Shown piece by piece: positions 35,167 to 45,121 of a stretch of 64,000 bases of DNA (the stretch's first letter is position 1; each line of letters opens with the position of its first letter). Under the pieces are notes generated by a model, which had not been told where the DNA came from, searched no databases, and worked only from the letters and a program-made list of their open reading frames with translations. A program made the translations under genes and the position numbers. The DNA comes from Candidatus Bipolaricaulota bacterium. Its GTDB lineage: Bacteria; Bipolaricaulota; Bipolaricaulia; RBG-16-55-9; DRXL01. The stretch covers positions 3,857-67,856 of the forward strand of contig JANXAU010000080.1 in the NCBI GenBank assembly GCA_025061735.1, read 5' to 3'.

Positions 35167-36423
35167 ATGCAAGCGGTGATTCTGGCGGCGGGGGAGTCTT
35201 CGCGCTTCTGGCCGCTCTCGGAAAACTCGCACAAGGGCTTGTTCTCTCTCTTGGGGAGGCCGATTATCGCGCACACGCTCGCGGCGCTGAGGCGCGCCCA
35301 GATCGAAGAGATCGTGATTGTGCAGTCGCCTGATCGCGCGTTAGAGAGCGCGCTGGGCGATGGCTCGCGCTGGGGAGTGAAGCTCTCTTATGTCGTGCAG
35401 CCAGAGCCACGCGGCATGGGGGACGCGCTGCGCTGCGCCCAAGCGCTCCTGCGCGAGCGCTTCTTGGTGCTCAACCCGCAGCACATCAACTGCGATCTCG
35501 TGATTCCCCGACTGATAGAGTTCGACGACGCGCCCGCGGTCTTGGTGGGCTGCCCCACCGAGCGTCCTCACGAGTACGGGATCCTCAAGCTCGACGGGGA
35601 TCGCGCTGTAGATCTGACCGAAAAACCCGCGCCGGGGACGGAGCCGTCGCGCACGCGCGTCGCCGGAATCTATCTCTTATCTCAGAGCTTCTTTGACTTC
35701 TATAGACAGACCCCAGAACATCCCTACGCTTTTGAAGAGACTCTAAGAGCGATGATGCGCACGCATTCGGTGCGCGTCTTGCAGATAGACCAAGAGCCGC
35801 CGACGCTGAAGTACCCTTGGGATCTCTTCCCGTTGGTGCAGCTCTTAATGGAGCGAGAGATCACGGAGCAGAAGATCGCGCCGACGGCGCAGATCCACAA
35901 AAGCGCCCTCATAGAAGGCCCCGTCTGGATCGGGGAGCACACGAGAGTCTTAGAGCACGCGGTGATCAAAGGGCCGTGTTATATTGGGGATCGCTGCGTG
36001 ATTGGCACGGGTTCGCTCGTGCGCGATTGCTCCAACTTAGAAGAGGGCACGGTGATCGGCGCTCATGCCGAGGTCGCCCGCTCGATCTTTCAGAAGAACT
36101 GCTCGACGCATTCGGGGTATTTTGGGGATTCGATCTTTGGGGAGTCTGTGAAGATCGGCGCGGGCACGGTGACGGCCAACGTGCGCAACGACCGCAGGAC
36201 GATCCGCCCGACGGTGAAGGGTCAGCGCGTCGAGACCGGTCTGTACAAATTGGGAGCGATCGTCGGGCGGGAGACGCATATTGGGATCAGCGCGATGCTC
36301 ATGCCCGGCGTGCTGATCGGCCCGCGCTGCGAGATCGGCCCCGGCACGATGGTTCTCCAAAACGTCGAGAGCGATACGCGCTACTACGCCAAGCCCGCGC
36401 AGATCATCTCTCAACGTAAGTAG
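35167..36423 (+). CDS. bifunctional sugar-phosphate nucleotidyltransferase with C-terminal left-handed beta-helix (GlmU-like)
   Basis: N-terminal AILAAGESSRFWPLS (NTP-transferase G-rich loop). C-terminal hexapeptide repeats (IGDRCVIGTGSLV, IGAHAEV...). Confidence 0.8.
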   Translation: MQAVILAAGESSRFWPLSENSHKGLFSLLGRPIIAHTLAALRRAQIEEIVIVQSPDRALESALGDGSRWGVKLSYVVQPEPRGMGDALRCAQALLRERFLVLNPQHINCDLVIPRLIEFDDAPAVLVGCPTERPHEYGILKLDGDRAVDLTEKPAPGTEPSRTRVAGIYLLSQSFFDFYRQTPEHPYAFEETLRAMMRTHSVRVLQIDQEPPTLKYPWDLFPLVQLLMEREITEQKIAPTAQIHKSALIEGPVWIGEHTRVLEHAVIKGPCYIGDRCVIGTGSLVRDCSNLEEGTVIGAHAEVARSIFQKNCSTHSGYFGDSIFGESVKIGAGTVTANVRNDRRTIRPTVKGQRVETGLYKLGAIVGRETHIGISAMLMPGVLIGPRCEIGPGTMVLQNVESDTRYYAKPAQIISQRK

Positions 36424-36836
36424 TGCAGCATCCCGTAGATGATCAGCCCCGTGAGCGAGACGTAGATCCAGATGGGAAAAGTCACGCGCGCTAATCTCTT
36501 ATGTTGAGCGAACTCTTGACGCAGGGCGCGGCGCAGGGTGAGAATCGCCAAGACGGGCGTGAGAGCCGCCAACGGCGTGTGGGTCCACAAGATCGCAAAA
36601 TAGAGCGGGCGAAACGGCCCCAGATAGGGCGTTGGCCCCGTCTGCGACCAACGGATCAGATAGAGCACCAAGAAGAGCACCGAGAGCGCAAACGCCGTGA
36701 GCATCGCGCGCTGGTGCAGGTCGCGTCGGCCATGCTTGATGAAGTACAGTCCCGCCGAGAGCGCCAGCAAGCTCAGCAGATTGAGCGTCGCGTTGGCCGT
36801 TGGGATCCATTCGATGAGCTGCATAGAGTCAGGCAC
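36411..36836 (-). CDS. DUF420-family membrane protein (commonly linked to heme-copper oxidase assembly loci)
   Basis: 141 aa, four TM segments. SD AGGTG before the ATG. Confidence 0.55.
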   Translation of the reverse strand: MPDSMQLIEWIPTANATLNLLSLLALSAGLYFIKHGRRDLHQRAMLTAFALSVLFLVLYLIRWSQTGPTPYLGPFRPLYFAILWTHTPLAALTPVLAILTLRRALRQEFAQHKRLARVTFPIWIYVSLTGLIIYGMLHYLR

Positions 36837-36988
36837 CTACACGTTTATGAGATGGCCTCCTCGATCCACCTAATCCATCGGAAGCGCCCTTTGAGCGCAT
36901 TATACAAACGCTTGTCCACGGCATGACATAACGGTTGTCAAGCGCATTTATCTCTTCTCAACGAGCATTTGGGTTATCTTACGGAAGC

Positions 36989-37873
36989 CTACAGAGCCAG
37001 AAAAACCAACAAGAAGAGCAGCGCCAGATAGATCATCGAGTAGAAGAAGAGCTTCTTATCGTGAGCTGCGCTCGGCTGCGCCCAGCTCCGCCAACTAAGA
37101 GAGAGAAAGCCCACGCCCAACAGACCGGCCCCTAGCGCATAGCCCCATCCCACCACTCCCAACGGATAGAAGAGCACCAGACTCGTAGGCACGAGCGCCA
37201 GCGCGTAGAGCAAGCTCCGGCGGCGCGTGACGCGCTCGCCCTTGACGACGGGCAAGATGGGCAGCCCCGCTCGACGATACTCTTCGACGCGCGTGAGCGC
37301 CAGCGCCCAAAAGTGCGGCGGCTGCCATAAGAACAGAATCGCGAAGAGCACCAGCGCCGGCGCTTCTACTTGTCCCGTCGCCGCGGCCCAGCCGATGACC
37401 GGCGGGATCGCCCCCGCCATCCCCCCGATCTCCGTGCACCACGGCGACGTCCGTTTGAGCCAAAGCGTATAAACGACACTGTAAAAGAAAATAGCAAAAA
37501 GCGCCAAGCCCGCAGCCAACAGATTGACCCCCAGCGCTAAGATCAAAAACGATCCCAGCGTGAGCGCAACTCCAAAGAGCATTGCGGGCACAACGCCCAA
37601 GCGCCCCGCGGCCAGCGGACGCTGGCGCGTGCGCTCCATCCGAGCGTCTATCTCCCGATCGAGCACGCAGTTGAAGACGCTCGCCGCTGCGGACGCCAAC
37701 CCCGTGCCCACCAACGTCGCGATCAAGAGAGAGAGCGAAAGAGCGCCCTTCGAAGCTACCCAAAAAGACGCCGCCGTCGTGACCAAGACCAAGAGCGCAA
37801 TACGCGGCTTGGTCAAGCTCAGATAGTCCGAGAAGACCTGACGCGAACTCTGCGACAGAACTAGCTCAGTCAC
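36989..37873 (-). CDS. ctaB: protoheme IX farnesyltransferase (heme O synthase)
   Basis: UbiA-family motifs and topology. The N-terminus YLSLTKPRIALLVL is typical of CtaB/CyoE. Confidence 0.85.
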   Translation of the reverse strand: MTELVLSQSSRQVFSDYLSLTKPRIALLVLVTTAASFWVASKGALSLSLLIATLVGTGLASAAASVFNCVLDREIDARMERTRQRPLAAGRLGVVPAMLFGVALTLGSFLILALGVNLLAAGLALFAIFFYSVVYTLWLKRTSPWCTEIGGMAGAIPPVIGWAAATGQVEAPALVLFAILFLWQPPHFWALALTRVEEYRRAGLPILPVVKGERVTRRRSLLYALALVPTSLVLFYPLGVVGWGYALGAGLLGVGFLSLSWRSWAQPSAAHDKKLFFYSMIYLALLFLLVFLAL

Positions 37874-38753
37874 GAGCGGCCACTCCTTCAGAGGCCAAGA
37901 CGCGCTGCGGCCACGTTCGGAGCGTCAACACTACGAAAACTGCTAACAGCCCCAACGCCCCAGCCAAGTGCAGCATCGCTACGAACGGATGCAAGCGCGT
38001 CTCTACGGTGAGCACCCCCAAGAGAATCTGAGCGATCACCAAGATCACCGAAGAGAGACCGATAAAGCGATAGCCCGCGCGTCCCGCGTGCCACGCCGTC
38101 ACGCCCACCCACGCCGCGACGATCAGCGCCAACAGGCGGTGCGACCATTGATGGGCGATGACGCCAACGGCGAGATTAGGAAAGAACGAGAGAAAGGGCC
38201 AGACGGGCAGCACCAATCCGGCGTTGCTGTGGCGCACATACCCGCCCAAGACGCTCTGCGCATAGAGCACAATCAGCGTCATCAGCGCCCAGACGAAGAC
38301 CCGCCGATCATCCGAGCTTGAACGGAGCGCCGGCTGAGCGCGCACCGTGACGGCCACCAGCAGCACGAAGACCCCCAAGCCCAGAGCCAAATGCGTTGTC
38401 GAGACTTCTTTGGGCAGCTCGAGCCAGACCGTGACCGCTCCTAAGAGCGCCACGACCATCACTAATCCTAGAGCCGTCGCGCAGAGCGCGAACTGATGGC
38501 GCTCGCGCTTCCATGCGACTATCGTCGTCGCCAAGACGAGCATCCCCAAGAGCGCAGCGAAGAGCCGATGCGTCCACTCGATGACCAGCGCCGGGTCGTC
38601 GAGCGGGGGAAAGAGATGGCCTTGGCAGAGGGGCCAGTGCGGGCCGCAGCCCATCCCTGAATCGGTGCCGCTCACGATATTGCCAAAGAGCAGATGCCCA
38701 AACGTCACAACCGTTGTGATCAGGGCTAACCGTTGAAATAGCGTAGCGCTCAT
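37866..38753 (-). CDS. ctaA: heme A synthase
   Basis: COX15/CtaA topology with a conserved Cys pair in loop 1 (GMGCGPHWPLCQG) and His pairs in the TM helices. Confidence 0.8.
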   Translation of the reverse strand: MSATLFQRLALITTVVTFGHLLFGNIVSGTDSGMGCGPHWPLCQGHLFPPLDDPALVIEWTHRLFAALLGMLVLATTIVAWKRERHQFALCATALGLVMVVALLGAVTVWLELPKEVSTTHLALGLGVFVLLVAVTVRAQPALRSSSDDRRVFVWALMTLIVLYAQSVLGGYVRHSNAGLVLPVWPFLSFFPNLAVGVIAHQWSHRLLALIVAAWVGVTAWHAGRAGYRFIGLSSVILVIAQILLGVLTVETRLHPFVAMLHLAGALGLLAVFVVLTLRTWPQRVLASEGVAARD

Positions 38754-38887
38754 GAAGAGAACCCTTGAGATTATAGCAACTGTAGTGATTCAAGTCAATT
38801 GTGAGACTGATCTAGATCATTGACGAAGCTGACCGGGGTTAGCTAATTTAGCTGACGTCTGCTGTTGGCTACAAAGGAGGGTGAGGC

Positions 38888-39001
38888 ATGAAGGAGATTC
38901 ACGAGGGAGAGGGGCGCTTTCCGTGGTGGATCTGGGTGGCGATCCTTGCGTGGTTGATCTATGCGTTTATCATCGCGCCGTTCGCGGTGACGCGCCCGTA
39001 G
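38888..39001 (+). CDS. 37-aa single-TM membrane protein upstream of ccoN (not in ORF track; candidate small oxidase subunit)
   Basis: SD AAAGGAGG 7 nt before the ATG. Sequence MKEIHEGEGRFPWWIWVAILAWLIYAFIIAPFAVTRP. The stop is 22 nt before the ccoN start. Confidence 0.4.
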   Translation: MKEIHEGEGRFPWWIWVAILAWLIYAFIIAPFAVTRP

Positions 39002-39023
39002 AGGCTTTAGGGAGGTGAAGAGG

Positions 39024-40451
39024 GTGCAAGAGAGAGAAAAGCAAGCGGTCAAGTTATGGTTCTTCTCGTCGCTCGTGTGGCTGGCGCTGGGGCCACTCAT
39101 CGGCGCGCTGATGTCGTTGCAGTTTCTCTGGCCTGACGCGCTCAACTTTTTAGCAGATCTGAACCTCTCTTACAGCAAAGCCCGCATCTTTCACACGAAC
39201 CTGGTGATCTACGGCTGGATCGCCATGAGCTTCGTCGCCGCGATTCTCTTTATCATCCCCAAGCTCTGCGACGTCGAGCTGCAACACGCGCGCGTCGCTT
39301 ACTGGGCGGGCTGGCTCTGGAATCTTTCGGTCGCGCTCGATCTGGCGCTCATCTGGGCGGGGATCGTCGGCGATCCGTTGCTCTCCATTCAGCCCTATGA
39401 GTACGCCGAAGCGCCGCTCTTGGTAGATCTGCTGATCGTGATCGCCGCTGTAATGATCATCTTCAGTGTTCATCGCACCGTTCTGGCGCGCAAGCGCCCC
39501 CATCTCTACGTCTCTGTCTGGTACTTGCTCGGCGGGCTGTACACGACGGCGATCACATACTTAGTAGGGAACTTCCTCACGCTGGCGTTCACAGGCCTGG
39601 GGAATCAGATCATCCACGCGTGGTGGCTGCACAACGCCGTCGGGATGTTTATTACCCCCTTGGGTATAGGCATCGCTTATTATCTGATCCCCATTGCAGC
39701 GCAACAGCCGATTTACTCTCATAGGCTCAGCATCCTCGGCTTCTGGACGCTGATGGCTTTCTACCCCGGCACGGGACTGCATCACTTCTTGCAGATGCCT
39801 ATGCCCACCTGGATCGGCGAGTTCTCCGTCATCAGCTCGGTCTTGCTGATCATCCCCGTCTTGGCCGTCGTCGTCAATCATCTGGCGACCCCGGCCCAGA
39901 ACTGGCGCCGCGTCTTCGATTCGTTCCCGCTGAGATTCTCCGTCTTCGGGACGGTCTACTATCTGCTGACGTGCATTCAAGGGACGTTCCAGACGACCCA
40001 TGCAGTCAACTGGTTCGTGCACTTTACCGAGTGGGTGCAGGCGCACGCGCACCTGGCGCTGACTGGGGCGTTTACGTGCTACGGGATGGCAGCTCTTATC
40101 TATATCTTCCCGCGCGTGACGGGGCGTCAGCTCTACAGCAGAACCCTGGTGAGCTGGGTCTTCTGGATCATGGCCGTCGTCTTCCCGTTGTTCTATTTGG
40201 CCTTCACGCATTCGGGGCTAGTGACAGGGGTGAGCGTCAATCTGTTGAATCACACGATCTATGAGACGATCTCAGCAGTCTGGCTGGCGCGCTTCTTCCG
40301 GACGCTGATGGGCGCGGGGGTCGTGTTGGGCTTCTTGCTCTTTGGGTATCTGATCGTGCGCTCGTTGAGAGTCGGCCCCAGGTTTGAAGAGGGCACGAAC
40401 GAAGTGGCCGAGCCGGCTCCGGCGCCCGCCACAAGGAGAGTGACCGTATGA
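39024..40451 (+). CDS. ccoN: cbb3-type cytochrome c oxidase subunit I
   Basis: C-family heme-copper oxidase signature HAWWLHNAVGMFITPLGIGIAYYLIP (compare P. stutzeri CcoN WYHGHNAVGFFLT...MYYFVP). 12 TM segments. GTG 39024 sits 6 nt after the SD GGGAGGTG. The listed ORF starts at 39015. Confidence 0.8.
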   Translation: MQEREKQAVKLWFFSSLVWLALGPLIGALMSLQFLWPDALNFLADLNLSYSKARIFHTNLVIYGWIAMSFVAAILFIIPKLCDVELQHARVAYWAGWLWNLSVALDLALIWAGIVGDPLLSIQPYEYAEAPLLVDLLIVIAAVMIIFSVHRTVLARKRPHLYVSVWYLLGGLYTTAITYLVGNFLTLAFTGLGNQIIHAWWLHNAVGMFITPLGIGIAYYLIPIAAQQPIYSHRLSILGFWTLMAFYPGTGLHHFLQMPMPTWIGEFSVISSVLLIIPVLAVVVNHLATPAQNWRRVFDSFPLRFSVFGTVYYLLTCIQGTFQTTHAVNWFVHFTEWVQAHAHLALTGAFTCYGMAALIYIFPRVTGRQLYSRTLVSWVFWIMAVVFPLFYLAFTHSGLVTGVSVNLLNHTIYETISAVWLARFFRTLMGAGVVLGFLLFGYLIVRSLRVGPRFEEGTNEVAEPAPAPATRRVTV

Positions 40452-41518
40452 AGCGCTTCATAACTCTCGCGCTCTTGGCGGTGTGGATGGTGCTGCCCGG
40501 CTGGGCGCAGCACGAGCATCAGCCCCGGCCCTCCCCAACTGAAGCCCCCGCTATCTATTGGGTCTTGGTGGCCCTCGCCGTGGTGGCTATTGTGGGATTT
40601 ATGCTCTGGACGCTGTATGGGAAGATGCGCCCCGGTCGGATGACCACTCTGAGCTATCACGCCCTGGGGGCTTTGGTGATCATTATGACGCTCTTCACGC
40701 TCGTGCTCTATGTCATCCCAGCCCAGCAAGCCCAGCAGCTTCCGGCGACGGCGCGCGCGTGGGACTGGAAGCCCGGTGAAATTCTGCAAGACCCCGCGGG
40801 CTCTGGGCTGTCTGGCGAACCCTATCGGGGGTATTTGGTCTATTTGGCCAATGGCTGCACGTACTGTCACACGCTCTATCTGCGCCCGGAAGACCTCAAG
40901 ACGGGCTGGGCCGAGGGCGCTCGCCCCAATGAAGTTTCTCAAATGGGCGATTTTGTGAGATACCCCTTCACCATGCTGGGCACGCAGCGCGACGGCCCAG
41001 ACTTGACCGTCATCGGGCGCAAGATCCCCGATATGCAGTATCAGATCGATCACTTGGTAGACCCCAGAAGATTTAAGCCCAAGTCGGTCATGCCCAGCTA
41101 TCGCTATCTCAGCGAGAGGGACCTGCGCGATTTAGCAGCGTATCTGGTGAGCTTGGGCAACGATCCGCAGAAGCTGCGCGCGGGCGTCGCTCCCACCCCC
41201 AAGCCCACCGAAGACCCCAAGATCGCCAAGGGGCGAGAACTCTATCGCAGCTTGGGCTGCGTCGGTTGTCATAGCCTAGACGGCTCCCCCAACGTCGGCC
41301 CTTCGTTTAAAGGGCTATGGGAGCGCGAAGTCGAAGTCGTCCTGCCCGATGGAACGACCACGCGCGTCATCGCCGATGGCGCTTATATCAGAGAGTCGAT
41401 CACGCAGGCGAGCGCCAAGGTCGTCAAGGGGTTTCCGAACGTGATGCCCAGCTTTGCTGAGCGCGTCACGGAGAGCGACCTGGACGCTTTGGTTGAGTAT
41501 ATCAAGAGTTTGCGCTAG
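40448..41518 (+). CDS. ccoO: cbb3-type oxidase subunit II (CcoO/FixO) fused to an extra C-terminal class-I cytochrome c domain
   Basis: FixO motifs YLANGCTYCHT, GPDLTVIGRK, PKSVMPSY. A linker PTPKPTEDP is followed by a second CxxCH (LGCVGCHS) domain. Two N-terminal TM segments. Confidence 0.75.
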   Translation: MKRFITLALLAVWMVLPGWAQHEHQPRPSPTEAPAIYWVLVALAVVAIVGFMLWTLYGKMRPGRMTTLSYHALGALVIIMTLFTLVLYVIPAQQAQQLPATARAWDWKPGEILQDPAGSGLSGEPYRGYLVYLANGCTYCHTLYLRPEDLKTGWAEGARPNEVSQMGDFVRYPFTMLGTQRDGPDLTVIGRKIPDMQYQIDHLVDPRRFKPKSVMPSYRYLSERDLRDLAAYLVSLGNDPQKLRAGVAPTPKPTEDPKIAKGRELYRSLGCVGCHSLDGSPNVGPSFKGLWEREVEVVLPDGTTTRVIADGAYIRESITQASAKVVKGFPNVMPSFAERVTESDLDALVEYIKSLR

Positions 41519-41544
41519 AATATGCTTTTGGAGGATGATGACCA

Positions 41545-42042
41545 TTGGTCGTACGTAAAGGGTCGTTGTTGGTTTTGCTTGTCGTAGCCGTTCTCTCGCT
41601 GACTGCCTGTGGAGGCGGCGGTGGCACGCAGCAGCCGGCGCAGCAACCAACGCCGCCGGCCGCCAAGACCGAGCCGCCACCGGCACCCACGCCACCACCG
41701 GCACCGCCTCCGGCACCGACCGAGGAGGAAGTCAAGATCGCGCGCGGCAAGGAAGTCGCGACCAACATGGGCTGCGTGGCGTGTCACAGCGCCGATGGCA
41801 CGGCGGGGGTCGGCCCAACGTGGAAGGGCATCTTCGGGCACGAAGTGACCGTCGTGCTGCCCGACGGCTCGGAGACGACGCTGGTCGTCGACGAGGCCTA
41901 TCTGCGGGAGTCCATCTTGAACTCCAGCGCGAAGATCGTCAAGGGCTATGAGGCGTCCATGCCCAATTACGAGGGGCAGATCAGCGAAGAGGACCTCGAA
42001 GCCCTGATCGCGTATATCAAATCGCTCAAGGACGATCACTAG
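41545..42042 (+). CDS. lipoprotein class-I cytochrome c, paralogous to the C-terminal domain of the CcoO fusion
   Basis: TTG start with SD GGAGG. Lipobox LTAC, Gly/Pro-rich linker, CVACHS. About 50% identity to CcoO residues 270-356 (GPTWKGIFGHEVTVVLPDGSETT... versus GPSFKGLWEREVEVVLPDGTTT...). Confidence 0.7.
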   Translation: MVVRKGSLLVLLVVAVLSLTACGGGGGTQQPAQQPTPPAAKTEPPPAPTPPPAPPPAPTEEEVKIARGKEVATNMGCVACHSADGTAGVGPTWKGIFGHEVTVVLPDGSETTLVVDEAYLRESILNSSAKIVKGYEASMPNYEGQISEEDLEALIAYIKSLKDDH

Positions 42043-42062
42043 CCGCTCGCGCTTCTCCTGAT

Positions 42063-42101
42063 CCCCTCTCCCTGCTTAGGGAGAGGGGATTGGGGTGAAG
42101 G
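42063..42101. repeat. palindromic element, inner-arm copy e (CCCCTCTCCC-tgctta-GGGAGAGGGG + degenerate outer half)
   Basis: The same inner arms as copies a, c and f. Located 21 nt after the cytochrome c stop. Confidence 0.55.
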
Positions 42102-42128
42102 TCAGCGGCTCTGAGGAGGGAGGCGAGT

Positions 42129-42491
42129 ATGGATCCTCTCCATTGGCTGAGCATCTTGATGGGGTTGGGGGTCTTGGTCTTATTGGGCTTAGCTGTCTTG
42201 CGCGGCGAGTTTCGGGAGATCGAGCGCCCCAAGTACGAGATGCTGCGGCGGGAGCCGCCGCGTGAAGAGAAGCCGGCGCAGCCGGGGCGCATGGGCATCG
42301 AGGATCGCATCCTTCGGTTTGGGTTGGTTACGGCAGCTCTCTATTATGCCGATCGCGTTGGCTGGACGACCCCTTTGGGATTGCTCTTAATCTGTCTGGC
42401 GTTCTACGTGGGGGTAACAGCGCTACTCGCTCGCGACTATCTCTACAAAATCTTCAAGATTGACACGCGGCTGCCGGAGCATCGGTTCTAG
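42129..42491 (+). CDS. small two-TM membrane protein
   Basis: 120 aa, two hydrophobic segments, SD GGAGGGAGG. Confidence 0.45.
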   Translation: MDPLHWLSILMGLGVLVLLGLAVLRGEFREIERPKYEMLRREPPREEKPAQPGRMGIEDRILRFGLVTAALYYADRVGWTTPLGLLLICLAFYVGVTALLARDYLYKIFKIDTRLPEHRF

Positions 42492-42663
42492 CCTCTACAC
42501 CGTTTCGGCTCTTCGGTTGATTGGCCATCTCACGGTTCCCTGACCGCTGGGTTGGGGGGCATCGAGCGTGAGCGAGGGGATCGCGCGCGATTTGAAGAGC
42601 CTCCCAAAAGATGCTAATCTTGAGAGAGCGAGTTGCAGGCTCTACAGAGTCTGCAGGGGAGGG

Positions 42664-45033
42664 ATGCTTGTGTCGGACAAGACACGCTTTTGGATTCTCT
42701 TAGGGATTTTAGTCGTCGTCGCCGCAGCGCTGATTCTGATTGCCGAACCTTGGAAGCAACAGCCACCTCCATCGCCCACGACCATCGGCCAACAGCCATC
42801 AGCACCGTCTGCCCCCGAACCGACTCCTAAGTCGTCTCCAGAGCCAACGCCACCCGCCGCCAAGTCCGAACCAGAACCCCCAAAAACCGAACCCGCTCCC
42901 TCACCCCAACCCGTGACTACTCCAACCCCCACGCCCATCCCCGGACGCTTGGGAGAAATCCCCCCAGAACCCAAAGTGATCGGCCCCAACGAGGGCCTGG
43001 TCGAGCCGGGGATCCCCGGCGGACGCGTCGTCGTCGGCACGCTCACCGGACCGAAGACCTTCAACCCCGTCGTCGCCCAAGAGACCAGCACCACCGACGT
43101 CACGGGGCTGCTGCACGGCCCCTTGGGGGCGCTCATCGAGATCAACCCCATCACCGCCAAAGAAGAACCCGGCCTGGCCAAACGCTGGGAGATCTCTCCC
43201 GACAGAAGAGAAATCACTTTCTACTTGCGCAAGGGCATCAAGTGGTCCGACGGACACTGCTGCCTCAGCGCCGACGACGTCGTCTTCACGTTTAACGACT
43301 TGATCTTCAACCCCGACGTCAACACCGACGACCGCGACGTCTTCAAGATCAAAGATCAATATATAAAAGTTGAGAAGATAGACGACTTGACGTTCAAAGT
43401 GATCATGCCCGAACCCTTCCGGCCGATTATTCGTTCGCTGGCTATCTATGTGATGCCCAAGCACAAGCTCGCCGACAAAGTCGCCAAGCTCAACCCGGGG
43501 GCCAAGGGCTATCTGGACGGCTTGAAGAAAGTCTTAGAGCCGGTGCGCGAGCCGATCCGAGAGATCGCCGCGGCCCCGCTCGATCTCTTCGAGAGCGCCT
43601 TAGCCGAGCTAGAAGCTGTTGTAGTCGCCAAGAACTTAGAGAAGACGCGCGATCTCTACGCCAAGGCGCAATTGGCCTTCTCGGGCTTGCGCCAAGCCCT
43701 CGAGTTGCAAGAGCAGCTCGATCCCAAGATCACTCAAGCCCTAGAAAAGGCCCAAGACGATCTCAAGAGAGCATTGGAGTTTGCCGAAGCGGGCCAATGG
43801 GAGGGCGTCTCGCCCGAACTCTTCAACAGCACCTGGGGCATAGGCACCCCTGCGGAAGAGATCGTCGGGCTAGGCCCCTATCGCTTCGTGCGCTACGACG
43901 TAGATCAACAGATCATCTTGGAGCGCAACCCGTACTATTGGAAGGTAGATCAAAACGGCGTGCAGTTGCCCTATTTGGATCAGTTTGTCTTCTTGGTCGT
44001 GCAGCACTTGGACACGGCGTTCTTGAAGTTCAAGACGGGCGAGATTGACACACTCGGCGCGCGCCCTGCCGACTGGGCGCTCCTGATGGAGGGCGTCAAA
44101 GATTTAGACAAAGATTGCTACGACAAAGACGAGCTGACGCGCATCTGTCTTGATCGGGAGAACAAACGGAGACTGATCTTGGGAGGGCCGGGCTTCGGCA
44201 CGCTCTTTCTGGTGCTCAACCAAGACGCCGAAGACCCCGTGCTGCGCGAGATCTTCCGGGACGTGCGCTTCCGGCGCGCCCTCGCCCACGCCATGGACAA
44301 AGAGTCTATGATCGACAATATCTATAACGGCCTTGCGCTCCCCCAGTGGAGCCCCGTCAGCATGCTCTCGCCCTTCTACGACAAGGACGAGACGTTTATG
44401 ACGTATGAGTTTGATTTAGAGAAAGCCAATAAACTCTTGGACGAGATGGGCCTGACCCAAAAGAACAGCGAGGGGATTCGCCTGCGCCCCGACGGGAAAC
44501 CCCTAGAGTTTCTGCTCAGCACCAACCAGGGCAACACGCTGCGCGAGAAGACCGCCGCGCTCTTGGTAGACGACTTCAAGAAGATCGGCGTCAAGGCCAA
44601 CTTCCGCCCCAAAGACTTCAACGCGCTCGTGAACGACCTCACCAACGCCAAGTACGAGGCGATCATCATCGGGCTGACGGGCGGGGTGGACCCGCACTTT
44701 GGCGCCAACGTCTGGCGCACCGACGGGGGCCTGCACTTCTGGCGCCGCTCGTCCAAAGAGAACCCCCCCGACTGGGAGAAGCGCGTGGACGAACTCTTCG
44801 ATCTGGCCGCCACAACCTTCGATGAAGAGGAGGCCAAAGAGTACTACAGAGAATTTCAGCGGCTCGTCTCGGAGAACCTCCCGCTGATCTACACGGTCAA
44901 CCAGCGCTTCCTCTACGCCGTCAAGATCGATCTAGCTAATACCGAGCACTTTAACCCGCTGCAGACGATCGGTCAGATCTTGGGAGCGACCGACATCGTC
45001 TGGTGGAAGGACGAAACGCGACGCAAGCAGTAA
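42664..45033 (+). CDS. ABC transporter substrate-binding protein, family 5 (peptide/nickel type), membrane-anchored, with coiled-coil insertion
   Basis: N-terminal TM anchor FWILLGILVVVAAALILIA, Pro/Ser-rich linker, SBP_bac_5 core, and an about 100-aa helical insert (ELEAVVVAKNLEKTRDLYAKAQLAFSGLRQALELQEQLD...). Confidence 0.8.
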   Translation: MLVSDKTRFWILLGILVVVAAALILIAEPWKQQPPPSPTTIGQQPSAPSAPEPTPKSSPEPTPPAAKSEPEPPKTEPAPSPQPVTTPTPTPIPGRLGEIPPEPKVIGPNEGLVEPGIPGGRVVVGTLTGPKTFNPVVAQETSTTDVTGLLHGPLGALIEINPITAKEEPGLAKRWEISPDRREITFYLRKGIKWSDGHCCLSADDVVFTFNDLIFNPDVNTDDRDVFKIKDQYIKVEKIDDLTFKVIMPEPFRPIIRSLAIYVMPKHKLADKVAKLNPGAKGYLDGLKKVLEPVREPIREIAAAPLDLFESALAELEAVVVAKNLEKTRDLYAKAQLAFSGLRQALELQEQLDPKITQALEKAQDDLKRALEFAEAGQWEGVSPELFNSTWGIGTPAEEIVGLGPYRFVRYDVDQQIILERNPYYWKVDQNGVQLPYLDQFVFLVVQHLDTAFLKFKTGEIDTLGARPADWALLMEGVKDLDKDCYDKDELTRICLDRENKRRLILGGPGFGTLFLVLNQDAEDPVLREIFRDVRFRRALAHAMDKESMIDNIYNGLALPQWSPVSMLSPFYDKDETFMTYEFDLEKANKLLDEMGLTQKNSEGIRLRPDGKPLEFLLSTNQGNTLREKTAALLVDDFKKIGVKANFRPKDFNALVNDLTNAKYEAIIIGLTGGVDPHFGANVWRTDGGLHFWRRSSKENPPDWEKRVDELFDLAATTFDEEEAKEYYREFQRLVSENLPLIYTVNQRFLYAVKIDLANTEHFNPLQTIGQILGATDIVWWKDETRRKQ

Positions 45034-45121
45034 TCTCACCCTGAGCGCAGCGAAGGAGCTGAAGACTCTCCGCGGCGCTCAGTCAGAATGATACAGATAT
45101 AGAAAGGAGACGACCACACCG

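Noticed and set aside
38879-39024. ccoN start at listed GTG 39015
   Set aside because: GTG 39015 abuts the SD GGGAGG with zero spacing. GTG 39024 has a 6-nt spacing and was preferred. The 9-nt difference does not affect the call.
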